Shown: piece after piece, positions 30,029 through 43,755 of the stretch
Layout: each line of letters begins with the position of its first letter
Numbering within the stretch: the first letter of the stretch is position 1
DNA from: the human T2T-CHM13v2.0 reference genome, Homo sapiens
Strand: one strand, 5' to 3'
Length of the DNA: 64,000 bases
Assembly (NCBI RefSeq): GCF_009914755.1
Contig: NC_060937.1
Made by a program: the position numbers and the translations under genes
Notes under the pieces: model-generated
Told to the model about the DNA's origin: nothing
What the model saw: only the letters and a program-made list of their open reading frames with translations
Databases searched by the model: none

Positions 30029-30337
30029 TTTTTATTACTTTATTTTATTTTTTGAGACAAGGTCTCACTCTGTCACCCAAGCCTGAGTGCAGTGGCGTGA
30101 TCATGGCTCACCACAGCCTTAACCTCCAGGGTTCAAGCGATCCTCCCACCTCAGCCTCCCTTGTAGCTAGAACTACAGACACACACCATCAGGCCCAGCT
30201 AATTTTTTTTTTTTTTTGGTAGAGATGGGGGTCTCACCATGTTACCCAAGCTGGTCTCAAACTTCTGAACTCAAGCAATCCATTCACCTTGGCCTCCCAA
30301 AGTGCTGGGATTACAGGCATGAGCCACTGCTCCTGGC
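30029..30337 (-). mobile_element. AluJ
   Basis: AluJ diagnostics; TSD AGCAAGTGGATTTCT. Confidence 0.92.
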
Positions 30338-32086
30338 AGCAAGTGGATTTCTATTGCTATGTCCCTACCACTGAAAAATCCAAGTTCTATGCTTCCTTCT
30401 ACATTGTTTTTAACACTCAGGACAAATTTTGAAGTAATAATTATCCCAAATTTGTTTGTAGAAAGTCTTAAAAATTAGGAGACTTAATTTATCACATTTC
30501 CTTCTATGAGGACATTCCACCAGCGAGTCTGCTCACTGCTTCTGGTGATGTGTGTTATGTGGATGACATAAGACAATGAACTTTTTTGTCTTTCTTTTGG
30601 TCCATGTTTAATTCCTCACACTTGGCAACTAAGCAAAAGTTGGTTGGGTTGGTTTTGTTTTGTTTTGTTTTCCAAAAGGGCTCACTCAGGTTGTCTTTTC
30701 ATTCAAATAATTGAACCAAAATGGCAGTCAATATTCATTGAAGGTTTACCAGGAATGTAGTTTTGTGGGGACATAGAGGAAAAGGAATGTCTACTTGAAT
30801 GAAAAGGTCCACTTTATTTAAAAACAAAATACACAAAGTAACAAAAAAAAATCTACATATTGAGTTTAAAGGGATGGAAAAGACAAAGGAAAAATTAAGG
30901 ACGGGAATATCTGAAATTTTTAATAATAAACAATCAAGTCTTGGCTCTACAGAGGAGACCAAGAGTGTTTGCATATTCCACTCTGTATGTGCTTGGCAGG
31001 TACAGAGAGAAGTAAATGAAGAAAGAATGAAGACTTTGAGAAGTGCAGTTCCACTCAAGTTCTTGGTTGGTTACAATCAACCAAAACTAACTCAGGTGCC
31101 CTTGGTTTCACCACACTTGACGATCCCTGGGCCTTTGAGTCATTCCCTTAAGACTGGAGGGCTCAAGTGGAAACACTGGATTTGCTGAGCCCATGGGACC
31201 AGGTTGCTCAGAGAGTGAATACTTGGCCCTCTTTGGCTTCCGTAGAGGAAGGTGCAGACTTGTCTTCCACTTGTGTGGTATTCCCCACCCCCACATTAGA
31301 AAAGGTTTTGAGAAGCCCTTTGTATCTATCACAAGTAGGTAGGATTCACAAATGGTATCACTAAGTAGTTTGGATTTTCCCCTTCAAATATCAAAACGCT
31401 GCACACTACCTTGGTGAGTTATAAAAAAGCTGTAATTAAAAAATGTTTTCACTGGATGACTGAAGTCACTAAAGACTATTCCTCGATAATTTGAGATAGA
31501 TTTCAAATTATTTTGACTATCCTCATTAAGTTTTAAGAGCTTAAAATCTGATTAATAATAATAAAGTTTAATTTTTATAGTCTCAGAGTGCTTGGCTGCT
31601 TATGTAGTAATCTGAGGGTCATCTCTTCATTAGGCCTTTTGGGAGATGCTATTTCTTCATGCCAGCCTGAAATTTCATGCTCTGCTTTGAGATGAAAAGA
31701 AGCAATTCCAAGAGTTTTTGACCAAAAGCAACACAAATTCAAGTTATAAAATACCCTTGACATGTTCACTGTTCAGCACCTTGCACCAAATGTCAAGGAA
31801 TTATCAATACTAATTTACTTCCTTTGCCTTTCTAATGACTATGTTTGTGGAGAATTTTGATTAAAATGTGGCTACCTGTGGCCATTTTGCTGGAAAGGGT
31901 TTTTCAATAACCTTTGAATGATTATTCTTTCATGTGACTTCAAGGAAGAGATATTTATGAATTGGGCAATTAAAGTAAAATTTAACATTAAGAAAATGAG
32001 TGCTGTCCAAGAATTACAATTTTATGTACTGAGCAATTTCCTAACAGGAGAAGCTTAGCTCAGGTCCCAAATGCTGAACATGGCTC

Positions 32087-32091
<5 letters not shown>

Positions 32092-32134
<43 letters not shown>
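32092..32134. repeat. (TG)n microsatellite
   Basis: About 21 uninterrupted TG units. Confidence 0.97.
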
Positions 32135-32135
<1 letters not shown>

Positions 32136-32141
32136 GATCAA

Positions 32142-32322
32142 CAGTGGCTCTCAATCTTGTCTCCAAATTAAAATCACCCCTGGGGAGCTTTCAAAAGTCC
32201 CAATGCCCAGTCTACATTTCAGACCAATTAAATCAGAATCTTTGGGTGTAAGTCACAAGCATCACCATTTTCTAAAGCTTCCTAGATGACTCTAATGTGT
32301 GGCTAAAGTGGAGAATCCCCTG
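32142..32322. mobile_element. MER5A
   Basis: CAGTGGCTCTCAA...AATCACCCCTGGGGAGCTTT...AGACCAATTAAATCAGAATCT. Confidence 0.8.
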
Positions 32323-32478
32323 GTTCATCAGATTGACTGGCACATGACTAACTAATGAGTAAACCATAAACTCTGTATCCTGCTTCATTCTGGAGACCTT
32401 AGCTCCCAAATCTACAGCTTTAACTCTGAACCTTCTCCTGAGTTATACACCCATATTTTATTCAAAACAAAAGTCATG

Positions 32479-32722
32479 CTACTGGCTTTTTTCTTTCCCC
32501 AGCAGGCAGACAGCCTATTGTGAGATTTCCCCTTGTAATCGTGTGAGCCAATTCTCCCTAATTAACTCCCTTTTATATATACCTATATCCTACTGGTTTT
32601 GTCCTTCTGGACAACCCTGGCTAACACACCTGTGAGACCCAATTAGGGTATCTGATCCCCAGGACTGTAAGAAAATAAATGTGTGTTGTTTTAAGCCAAA
32701 AAAAAAAAAAAAAAAAAAAAAA
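32479..32722 (+). mobile_element. Polyadenylated retroposed fragment (MLT2 3' end + MLT1 3' end) inserted in L2
   Basis: AATAAA at 32674-32679; pure A25 at 32698-32722; TSD AAAAGTCATG at 32469-32478 and 32719-32728. Confidence 0.75.
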
Positions 32723-33774
32723 GTCATGATCTAGCTTTCACCAATCTTCCCCTTTCCCTTTGTTTTCTTTATCAGTTAGTGGTGTATGAGTTCTTGTAGT
32801 GCATTGCATCAGGCCAAGGGAGGTCTGCAATAGCTTTTACCTGAAGTAGTGTTTCTCAGATTTGGGAGATCTTGTTAAAATGTAGATTCTTACCTAATAG
32901 GTCTGGAGTGGTTCTACATTTTCTACAGACTTCCAAGTAAGGGCCCCACCGCTGGTCCAAAGACCACACTTGATTGACAAGGATCTAATGTAACACCTGT
33001 TCCAGTTATTCTGTTATAATGTCTTGTTTATTTCCTTCACATATCAGAGTTATGTTGCTTAATTATGTGTTTACTTGTTTACTATCTCCCCACTGAATAC
33101 AAACTCCAATAGTCCTATAGCTATTTTATCTACTGAGTACCTATTATACTACCTGGCATTTAATAGTGGGTTACTAAATATTGAATAAATACATGAATGA
33201 AAGAACATGCTAAAGAGACTGTCATAGGAACTGAGCCAAGCTGGAAGGGCTCTTGCCTGAGAGATTCTCGATGGAAATGCTGTCAAGGGGAGCTGAGAGG
33301 TAAAAGATAAAGAGAAATTAAGAGTATAAATGGAGAGTAGGAAGCAATTGGATAATTGAGCCTGTTGAGTAGAAGGAGTAAGGGCTCAAGTGCAGAGTGG
33401 ATAAATATCAGAGCTTAGAGGTCTAATATTAAAATTATGAGCATTCTTTCTATGCAAGCCTTGCACATCATTGCCATATTGATGGTAAGCTAAAGAAGAA
33501 CTAGCCTGGACAAATATCAGCTTTCATATCCAAGTTCTCTGGAATGTCACAGAAGGTTTCCAGAGTTTACCTTTAGCTCTCTTGTCCAGACTCATCTCCC
33601 AACTTATTCTCCCTCTCTCTCCAAGACCCGTCACTGCCCACCAGGCACTGACTATACTGTACTGCTTATTGATATGTGCTCTTATTGAAATTTTATTCAT
33701 TTTCAGCCCATATTCTTCCTCCTCCTTTAAGCCATATTTAATCCTATTAATATTGCCTTCCTCGTCTATACTGA

Positions 33775-34057
<283 letters not shown>

Positions 34058-34629
34058 TCAATTCCATTTCTTAACATGTTTTATCACCAGTGCACAGGTC
34101 TATCTCTCCCAGGAGTTTAGGGTTCTATTAAGGTCAGACCCCTGTCTTCTAAATCTTTGGCTCTCCGTGGTACGTTACAGTGTTATTATATGTAGTTGGA
34201 GCCCAACAAATGTTGCTTAAAATGATGTATAACAAAATAATGGTAAAACTTCATATTCATATATGGATATTATAACTTCAAAATACATTCATAGACTCCC
34301 TCTTCTGACCATAATGAAATAATAAGGGCTGGATTTTCTTCCTCTCCTCCAACCACCATAAATAATCAGAAAACTGGAAAAATATAAGAGATCTGTTTTC
34401 AGACAACAAATGACACAGGGCTGTGATCCTTGAGAAAAGGGAAACAGGTGAGATGGGCCCTATGATCACTTCAGATTTCTGCCTGGTGGTACTCCACATC
34501 ATGGAGCTGAGTGATAGCATGTTGATCAGAAGCAGACAATGATTATTTTACTGAGTTTAAGAGACAGTGATCAGAGTTGAGAGAGGCCGAGGCAGCTAAA
34601 AGTTGTAGAGAATGATGCAGAATAATAAC

Positions 34630-36918
34630 TGTATTAGTCCATTTTCACACTGCTGATAAAGACATAGCTGAGACTGGGTAAATTATAAAGAAGAAAAAGG
34701 TTTAATGGACTTATAGTTCCATGTGGCTGGAGAGGCCTCACAATCATGGCAGAAGGCAAAAGGCAAGTCTTACATGGCAGCAGGTGAGAGAGAGAATGAG
34801 AGCCAATCAAAAGCAGAAATCCCTTATAAAACCATCAGATCTCATAAGATTATTCACTACCATGAGAACAGTGTTGGGGAAACTGCCACCATGATTCAAT
34901 TATCTCCCACTGGATCCCTCCCACAACATGTGGGAATTTTGAGAGCTACAACTCAAGATAAAATTGGGGTGGGGACACAGCCACACCATATCATTCCACC
35001 CCTGACCCATCCCAAATTTCATGTCCTCACATTTCAAAATCAATCAGTCCCCCAAAGTCTTAACTCATTTCAGCATTAACTCAAAAGTCCACAGTCCAAA
35101 ATCTTATCCAAGACAAGGCAAGTCCCTTCTGACTATAAGCCTGAAAAATCAAAAGCAAGTTAGTTACTTCCTAGATACAATGGGGGTACAGGCATTGGGT
35201 AAATATACCCATTCCAAATGGGGGAAATTGGCCAAAACAAAGGGGCTACAGGCCCATGCAAGTCTGAAATCCAGCAGGGAAGTCAAATCTTAAAGCTCCA
35301 AAATGATCTCCTTTGACTCCATGTCTCACATCCAGGTCATGCTGATGCAAGAGGTGGGTTCCCATGGTCTTGGGCAGCTCTGCCCCTGTGGTCTTGCATG
35401 GTACAGTCTCCCTCCCAGCTGCTTTCACAGGCTGGCATTGAGTGTCTGTGGCTTTTCCAGGTGCATGGTGCAAGCTGTCAGTGGATCTACCATTCTGGGG
35501 TCTGGAGGATAGTGGCCCACTTTTCACAGCTCCACTAGGCGGTGCCCCAGTAGGGACTCTGTGTGACAGCTCTGACCCCACATTTCCCTCCCACACTGCC
35601 CTAGCAGAGGTTTTTCATGAGGCCCCCTCCCATACAGCAAACTTCTGTCTGGGCATCCAGGTATTACCATATATCCTCTGAAATCTAGACAGAGGTTCCC
35701 AAACCCCAGTTCTTGATTTCTGTGCACTCACAGGCTTAACATCATGTGGAAGCTGCCAAGGCTTAGGGCTTGCACCCTCTGAAGCCACAGCCTGAGCTCC
35801 ACATTGGCCCCTTTCAGCCACAGCTGGAGCAGCTGGGATGCAGGACACCAAGTCCCTAGGCTGCACACAACACAGGGACCCTGTGCCCCTTCCATGAAAC
35901 CATTTTTTCCTCCTAAGCTTCCAGGCCTGTGATGGGAGGGGATGCTGTGATGACCTCTGACATGCCCTGGAGACATTTCCCCCATTGTCTTGGTGATTAA
36001 CATTTGGCTCCTCGTTACTTATGCAAATTTCTGCAGCCAGCTTGACTTTCTCCTCAGAAAATGGGATTTTCTTTTCTATCACATTGTCAGGCTGCAAATT
36101 TTTCAAACTTTTATACTCTGTTTCCCTTATAAAACTGGATGCCTCTAACAGTACCCAAGTCACCTCTTGAATGCTTTTCTGCTTAGAAATGTCTTCCACC
36201 AGATACCTTAAATCATCTCTACCAAGTTCAAAGTTCCACAAATCTCTAGGGCAGGGGAAAAATGCCACTAGCATCTTTGCTAAAACATAACAAGAGTCAC
36301 CTTTGCTCCAGTTCCCAACAAGTTCCTCATATCCATCTGAGACTACCTCAGCCTGGACTTTACTGTCCATATCACTATCAGCATTTTGGGCAAAGCTATT
36401 TTAACAAGTCTCCAGGAAGTTCCAAACTTTCCTACATTTTCCTGTCTTCTTCTGAGCCCTCCAAACTGTTCCAAACCCTGCTCACTACCCAGTTTCAAAG
36501 TCACTTCAATGTCACTTCCAAAAGTTCAGGTATCTTTTCAGCAGCACCCCACTCCTGGTACCAATTTACTGTATTAGTCCATTTTCATGCTGCTGATAAA
36601 GACATACCTGAGACTGGGTAAGTTATAAGAAAAAAAAGTTTAATGGACTTACAGTTCCAGATGGCTGGGGAGACCTCACAATCATGATGAAAGGCACATC
36701 TTACATGGCAGCAGGCAAGACAGAGAATGACAGCCAATTGGAAGCAGAAATCCCTTATGAAACCATCAGATGTCATGAGACTTATTCACTACCATGAAAA
36801 CAGTATGGAGGAAACCACTCCCATCATTCAATTATCTCCCACTGTATCTTTCACACAACATGTGGGAATTGTGGGAGCTACAATTCAAGATGAGATTGGG
36901 GTGGGGACACAGCCAAAC
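34630..36918 (-). mobile_element. THE1 (THE1A/B-type) MaLR provirus: LTR 34630-34993, internal 34994-36569, LTR 36570-36918
   Basis: Two direct LTRs starting TGTATTAGTCCATTTTCA; THE1-int sequence and gag-like ORF remnant (35615-36370). Confidence 0.95.
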
Positions 36919-37593
36919 TCCAGAAATTTGCATAGGTCCCTTTGTGTCTTTACTGAATACATGAGGGTATAGCATGAAACTCCATGAAGCAGAGCATAGA
37001 AAGACAAGGGAGCAGTGATCCAAACAACTGCCTAACCTCTCACAGGGCTTTTGAGACATTTGAGTTAACTAGCCAGTTTGAAGAATTATTGTGATCACTG
37101 GAGGCATTCAGTAGACTCCAGAAGAGCCATGCCTTAGTAGTGTGGTAAACTATCATTAAAGAGTAATCTCTGTTTACTGTAATACATCTTACAAACAAGT
37201 CTCTAAAAGGCCTAACTGTGCTGCAGTTAACTTAACTGGCTGCTAGAACAAAGACCAATACTCTTTAAAGGAAGAGAACAGAGTATAGATTTTCAACAAT
37301 GTAAAAATCACAATGTGTATTATTCAACAAAAAATTATTATACATATCAAGAAGCAAGAAAACATGGTACAAAACCAGAAGGAAATGCCATCAATAGAAA
37401 TGGACCCAGAAAATTAACAGAATTAGCAGACAGAAGGAAAAAAGCTGTTATAACTATGATCAATTATATTTTCTAAAAACAAGAATATAGTGAAGAGAGA
37501 CATGGCAGATAAAAAGGAGAGCCTTCTGGGGATATGAAATATAGCATCTAAGATGAAAAATTCACTGGTTGGGACTAACAACAGGTTAGACAT

Positions 37594-37974
37594 TGTATTA
37601 GTCCATTCTCATACTGCCATAAATAAATACTTGAAACTAAGTAATTTATAAGGAAAAAAGGTTTAATTGGCTCACATTTCTGTAGGCTGTACCAGACACA
37701 TGGCTGGGGAGGCCTTAAGAAACTTTAAGTCATAGCAAAAGGGGAAGCAGGCACATCTTACATGGCCAGAGCATGTAAGAGGAAGAGAGTGAAGGGGGAG
37801 GTGCTACACACTTTTAAACAACCAGATCTCATGAGAACTCACTCACTGTCATGAGAACAGCAAGAGGGAAATCCATCCCTGTGATCCACTCATCTCCCAC
37901 CAGGCCCCTCCTCCAATACCGGGGTTATAATTTGACAAGAGATTTGGGTGGGGACACAAACCCGAACCATATCT
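37594..37974 (-). mobile_element. MSTA-like solo LTR
   Basis: TGTATTAGTCCATTCTC...GAACCATATCT; TSD GACAT/GACAC. Confidence 0.9.
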
Positions 37975-38840
37975 GACACTATATAAAACAATATTAGTAA
38001 GTTTCAACACAGAGCAATCAAAAATATCCAAAGTGAAGCACAGAGAGAAAAAAAGACTAAAAAGGAAGGAAAAAAAAAAGAATAAACAGAGCTTCAGTGA
38101 CTTAGAAAAAAGTCTAGAGTTGTCTCACATTTATGAAACTGAAATCTCAAAAAGAGGGGTGGGGATGGGAGGGGTGCAAAAAAAGATTTGAAGAACTAAC
38201 AAATGAAAAATCTCTACAAATTTTATGAAAACTATAAATTCTTAGATCCAAGAAGTTTAAAATACCACATGCAAGATAAACAAAAAAGAAAAACACACCA
38301 AGGCACATTCGAATCGAATTCCTGAACCTAGTGATAATGCCTGGGTTTAAATCCCTGGGCTGTGTCCTCTTTTGCAGACTGCTTAATTGATGGGCCTGTC
38401 TCAGGAGACATGCAAGGTTAGCTTTGGCAATATCCTTGTGTTCCTGACTCTCCTGTGATGGGAGTCTTATCTCAAGATTAAAATCCTTCCATGCTTCACA
38501 TGCCCTAATTGTTGTAAGTTACGGAGGGAAGGCAAAAGTAGATTAAGTCTGTGTGATTTCTCATGAGGGTGGTGAGGCACATGGGATAGTCATTGCTTAG
38601 GCTGTTGTTTTTAACCCCTGAACTAGTGAAAGGGCCTTTGCTATCACGCAGGGTTTCAGATTTGCAAAGCAAGCACCTGGTCCACTTGTTGCTATCTTCC
38701 TATGCTTTCTCTCTACAGATCAAAGCAGAACTCTGTGGGATCAAGGATTTCCTCAGACAGGGGTTAACTAAGCATAGGTTAGCTCCTGGATAACCAAATT
38801 AAAATTTTGTTATAAAAATAATGCCATGCATAATCATGCA

Positions 38841-39272
38841 CAGTCAATCCTCATTATTTGTGTATTCCATATTTGTGAATTTGTCTACTCACAGGATTTG
38901 TTTGTAACCCCAAAATCAATGGTGCTTTCATGGTCATTAGTGGACATATGCAGAGTAGTGAAAAATTTGATTCACCCAATGTGCACAGTCATGGCTGAGG
39001 TCAAACAAGGTGACACTCTGCCTTCTTGTTCCAGCTCTCATACTGTAAACAAGAGTCTTTCTTGTGGTCTATTTAGTACCTTGCTTTTTGCATTATTGTG
39101 CTTTCTGTGGATGATTTTGCTATTTACAATGGTCTCCCCAAGCACAGAGCTGACGGGCTGTCTAGTATTCCTAAGTGCAAGGCAAGTGTTCGATAAGCTT
39201 CCTTCAAGCAGGAGTGATAGTGCCATTGGCCATGAGTTCAGTGTTAATGAATCAACAATATATATTAAATAA
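38841..39272 (+). mobile_element. MER82-like Tigger DNA transposon
   Basis: CAGTCAATCCTCATTATTTG...GCTGAGGTCAAACAAGGTGACACTCTGCCTTCTTG. Confidence 0.8.
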
Positions 39273-40669
39273 GATTGACATAAGACTTTGCATAAAGATC
39301 CAGAAAATGTCCAGGAGTCCAAGTCCCATCCCAACATCCCTTGTGATGCCTTGTGGGGCCCATGGCATTTCGGTATTGGGAGGCAGGGCAACAGGAAGTA
39401 TCCTAGGTCATGGCACATAGCTGGTGTCAGTAAAAACCCCAATCTCACAGGGAATGGCAAAGAGCAAACCCATTACCAACTCTCTAAGTGCCAAAAGCAG
39501 ACAAAACTCAAGAATCAGAGCCATCACCTTAGTACTCATAGCAGAGTAACCAGCAGGAACATTAGCAAAGCGGGACCAGTTCCACCACCCTTGTGGGGCA
39601 TGATGGCTCGGGATGGGTGTTACATGCCATGGGTTACATCACAGTTGAGGAACCCAGGGCCAAAGTCCTCATACCTTTTAGAGCAAGCAGCAAGAAACAA
39701 GCCAATCCCCCTCCTCAGGGAAACAAGCAGTTACATGGTGGTTATACTGTCACTGCCTTGATCGTTCAGTATCAGGAAATGGACGAGCCTTGTGGTCTGG
39801 CACAGTTGGCAAGAACATGCAAGATGCTCGGGGCCCATGGTGGGTGGCATCTCCCAATGGGAAGTGTTTATAACTGTTTGTTGAATGAATAAAACGAGCA
39901 GAATAGTGGGCTCTGTTTAGAGTGAAAGGTCTTTGTCAGGTTTCATTTGGTGGTTTGGAATGAAAAACTTGTTTCTATCAGTGTATAGTTTTAACTATGC
40001 AGTTTTAGCTATAACTTGTTCTCACTATACTTGGGGCCTTGGGGAGTGCTAGAAAGAAATATGGGTGCGTAGGAGGGCAGGACATTGGCAGATGAAATGC
40101 AAATTTTGCTGGGAAAATAGAGAGGCATTTTGGGAAACAGGTTGATGAGCCTTAGAATTATTTGCAAAACTGCTAGAAATTCCCACATAGTGCTGTGCTG
40201 TGATTGGCTATTAAGTTGCAGCTGCAACTTGAAACAAGTTGCTAACCAAGTTTTAAATAATTCTTTGAAATGTGCAATTCTCCATGGAATGGTAGATTAA
40301 AATTCATATTCTCTTTTTTTAATACTTCATAAAATCTTCCTTTTAAAATCCACTTCTATTTGGACAGAGGAAAGCGAAAGATACCAAAGGGAGTTTGTAA
40401 AACAACCAAGGTAGCAATACCTGAAAGGAGCTAACTAGAGAGTGTTTTATCTGAGGTTAAGAATTAATAATGTCATCTTTTTAAGACTAAGGACTGCTTG
40501 AACTGTTTTAACTGAGAGATTAAATTAGATCAAGTATCAGAGCCCAGGATTAGACTGAATTATTCACTGATAAAATTATGGCTAATGTGTTTTGAATCTA
40601 CTCTTAACTATGATGCAGCAATTTGATTACCTTCAGCAATCAATGAATGAATGATGAAATGAAGCCTTC

Positions 40670-40989
40670 AGCCAGGTGCGATGGTTCATGCCTGTAATCC
40701 CAGCACTTTGAGAGGTCTACCTGGGCAGATAACTTGAGGTCAGGAGTTTGAGACCAGCCTGGGCAACATGGTGAAACCCCATCTCTATTAAAAATACAAA
40801 ACCTAGCCAGCGTGGTGGCACACATCTCTAATCCCAACTGCCCGGGAGGCTGAGGCATGAGACTCTCTTGAACCCAGGAGGTGGAGGCTGCAGTGAGCTG
40901 AGATTGTGCCACTGGGCACAATCTGTACAGCCTGGGCAACAGAGCAAGACCCCATCTTGAAAAAAAGTAAAGAAAAGAAAAAGAAAAAA
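40670..40989 (+). mobile_element. Alu (J/S)
   Basis: Dimeric Alu; TSD-like GAA(G/C)CCTTCAG. Confidence 0.92.
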
Positions 40990-41215
40990 CGAACCCTTCA
41001 GGTCCCATGTGGACAGTGGCAGAGGATTCACTGGTATGTGCACATACCAGCCCTTCTCTACTCTGGTGCCATTTTCTCCTCATTCTTTGTACTTCTCTTT
41101 CTCTCCTCACTCTTACTCATTTTCCAGGGTCTAACTTAGGCCCTGAGATGTCTTCACTGACCACTTCAGCCCCCAGAGCTCTCACCTTGGAGGTGCAAAA
41201 CCTTATTTTGTATGT

Positions 41216-41396
41216 CAGTGGTTCTCAGATTTTAGCATGCATCAGAATCACCCAGAGAGCTTGTAAAAACACAGATTCCTGGGTCCCACCCCCAGAGAAT
41301 TCAGGAGATCTGGGATGGTGTGAGCAATTTTGCACTTCTAACAAGTTCCCAGGAGCTGCCGATGCTCTTTCTAGTACCATACTTTGAGAACCACTG
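41216..41396. mobile_element. MER5A
   Basis: CAGTGGTTCTCA...TTTGAGAACCACTG terminal inverted repeats. Confidence 0.92.
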
Positions 41397-43508
41397 ATCT
41401 ATATTCCTGGTGTTTTTCACTTAGTTGTATAAGTGAAATAAGAGATATATTTCACTCTTATATTTGAGATAAGAGACCTTTCTTTCCATATTGCTATTGA
41501 AATTTTCATAAGAATATGCCTGGTTTGGAACACAGAATGTACTCAACAAATGTTAGTTCCATTCACCATCCCTACTTCCTTATTTAAATTATAAATTCTT
41601 TGAAGGAAGGGGTATTTAATATATGCAGCTATGTACTTAGGAAGTACTCAATATATATTTACTAAATAAATGGATAAATAGAAGGTTCCTGATTCCGGTG
41701 AAGATTTTTTCCTAAGACCTCTAGCTGATTTTGTTCTGTTATGAATACCTTCAGTTTTCCTCAAGACATAGTTCAGTAGTATAGAAATATCTTTTATTAG
41801 TTGTGTGTTGTGGAAAGAACTGACAGATTAAAATGTCTCACTTCAATGTAGTTCCCAGTTGGACAGGTAGTTTTCTCTTTCTTGGATCTTTCACACTGCT
41901 GAATTGAGTGACACGGTCATGGGTCTTTCTGGCTGATGTCTCCATAGTCTCTTGACACAGGGCTGCCACCAGGGTTTGGTTCAACTGATGGAGATACAAT
42001 TTTTCTTTGTCTGAAAGGCATTGTTTACCTTGACCTTAACAGGGTGGCAGCAGGACTGAGGCTGCCTGATACCTGTGATTTTGTTTCTCTGTTATCAATG
42101 GGACTTAACTCTTGCATCTATGTCCAATTTGGGAAGAGCGCTTGGGTAGAGAGATATTAAACTCTTACTTTTCGCATGCTATTGGCAAGTACAGGAGCTC
42201 CATTCCCACAGAGCAAGCATCCAGGAGCACAGAGGCAAGTCACTGCATGTTTCAAACACACTCTCAGAACTCAGAAGTTGAAAAAAATCCCCTAAAGGGT
42301 CCAATAATTTAGGAAATAATAAAAATTACCCCTTAATTTATTTTTTAAATTATTTTCATGTCCAGTGTTATGGATTAGTCCATTCGCTATTTGACATCTA
42401 AGATAATGGGTTCTTATTAGCTGTAATTATTAGAGTAACAATTTTTTCTGTCTACAACTATTCCTGTGAGTAAAGTGAAAAGAACACAGATTTGAAAAGT
42501 ATCTGTTTCTGGCTTCTGGCTGAAGGCTGTGCTTCCCAGCCTGCCAGAACAGCCACCCCGAAGGCTGTTAAATAAAACATAAAATAACATAATATAGATT
42601 TGAGGTCACATAGACTAGAGCTCAACTCTTAGCTTTGCCTCTGCATTAGTTCTGGTCTGTTAAGAAGCAGACTGTCAGAAGGGATTAGACAGAACTTCAG
42701 ATCACGTGCAGGTCTGACACCTGGAGAAAGAGAGAGGGAAGGAGGATGGGGTGGGAGGTCTCAAACTGTAGTGCCAAAAGGACGGTTTGGCCAGGTTTCT
42801 GGGGACTCATCAAGTCAAAGGTGCCCATGAGAGGAATCCTGTGTCTCACTGGAATGGCCCTGCATTGGTCCTCACTTAGTGACCCGACTGTGCTCAATCA
42901 CTGGCTGGGAGAAGCTGGGAGATGTGTGGCTCAGGAGGAAAGTGATGGTGCATCCAGAGGGCAACAGCAGGGGCTGCCAGACAACTCTGTCCTTGCAGCA
43001 GGAGATCCGAGGCTCATTCCCATGGCCACCATGGCCTCTAAACACACACTCTGTTTTTACTGCCCCATGGAAACTGTCTCATGGGGATGTCAGTTAGGAT
43101 GCCACACCTTTCCTTAACTGAACACATCTATGAATGATTTCTTCCTAGAAGTGGTATCTTGAGTGGAGGGACAAAGAAATTAGAAACAACAAAGCTGATT
43201 CATCTTAGCAACCACTGCCTTGGTTCATGAGTGAAATTTCTGAATCTGGTTCCCAAACTTTCCTTTCATTTCTTAAATTATTCGCCATCTTCCTGCTCAA
43301 ACGTCATTATTGTTGCCTGGAACCAAAGAACCCTGACTGATCTGATTAACTCTGATTTTGGGGGGGTCACTCAATCTTTTAGCTCCACTTGTGAAGTGTG
43401 GGAATCTGGGAGGATTAAATAAGATAGAATATGTAATAAGATAGAATAGGTAAAACATTTGGTACATGGATCTTGCCCAACAATTTTTCCTCCTTCAACA
43501 TTGATTTC

Positions 43509-43633
43509 AGCCAGGTGCAATTGCTCATGCCTGTAATCCCAACACTTTGGGAGGCAAAGGTGGGAGCATCGCTTGAGACCAGGGTTCAAGATTAACCTGG
43601 GTAACAAAGTGAGACTCTGTCTCTCCAAAAAAA
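43509..43633 (+). mobile_element. FLAM / Alu monomer
   Basis: Left monomer only, with a short A tail. Confidence 0.88.
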
Positions 43634-43755
43634 ATTTTTTCATTGACTGCATATTTTAACAACATATATCTCTGATATTTGAATTTGAATTAAATTGCAT
43701 GAGGTTGTAAATGTTCATTTTTGCAAACATCACACCACCACTATTTATTGACTAT

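Larger units (their letters stand above)
34290..38335 (+). mobile_element. Old L1M 5'UTR/ORF1 region interrupted by THE1 and MST LTR elements
   Basis: CTGTGATCCTTGAGAAAAGGGAAACA; AAATATCCAAAGTGAAGCACAGAGAGAAAAAAGA; GATCCAAGAAG...ACACCAAGGCACAT ORF1 motifs. Confidence 0.75.
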
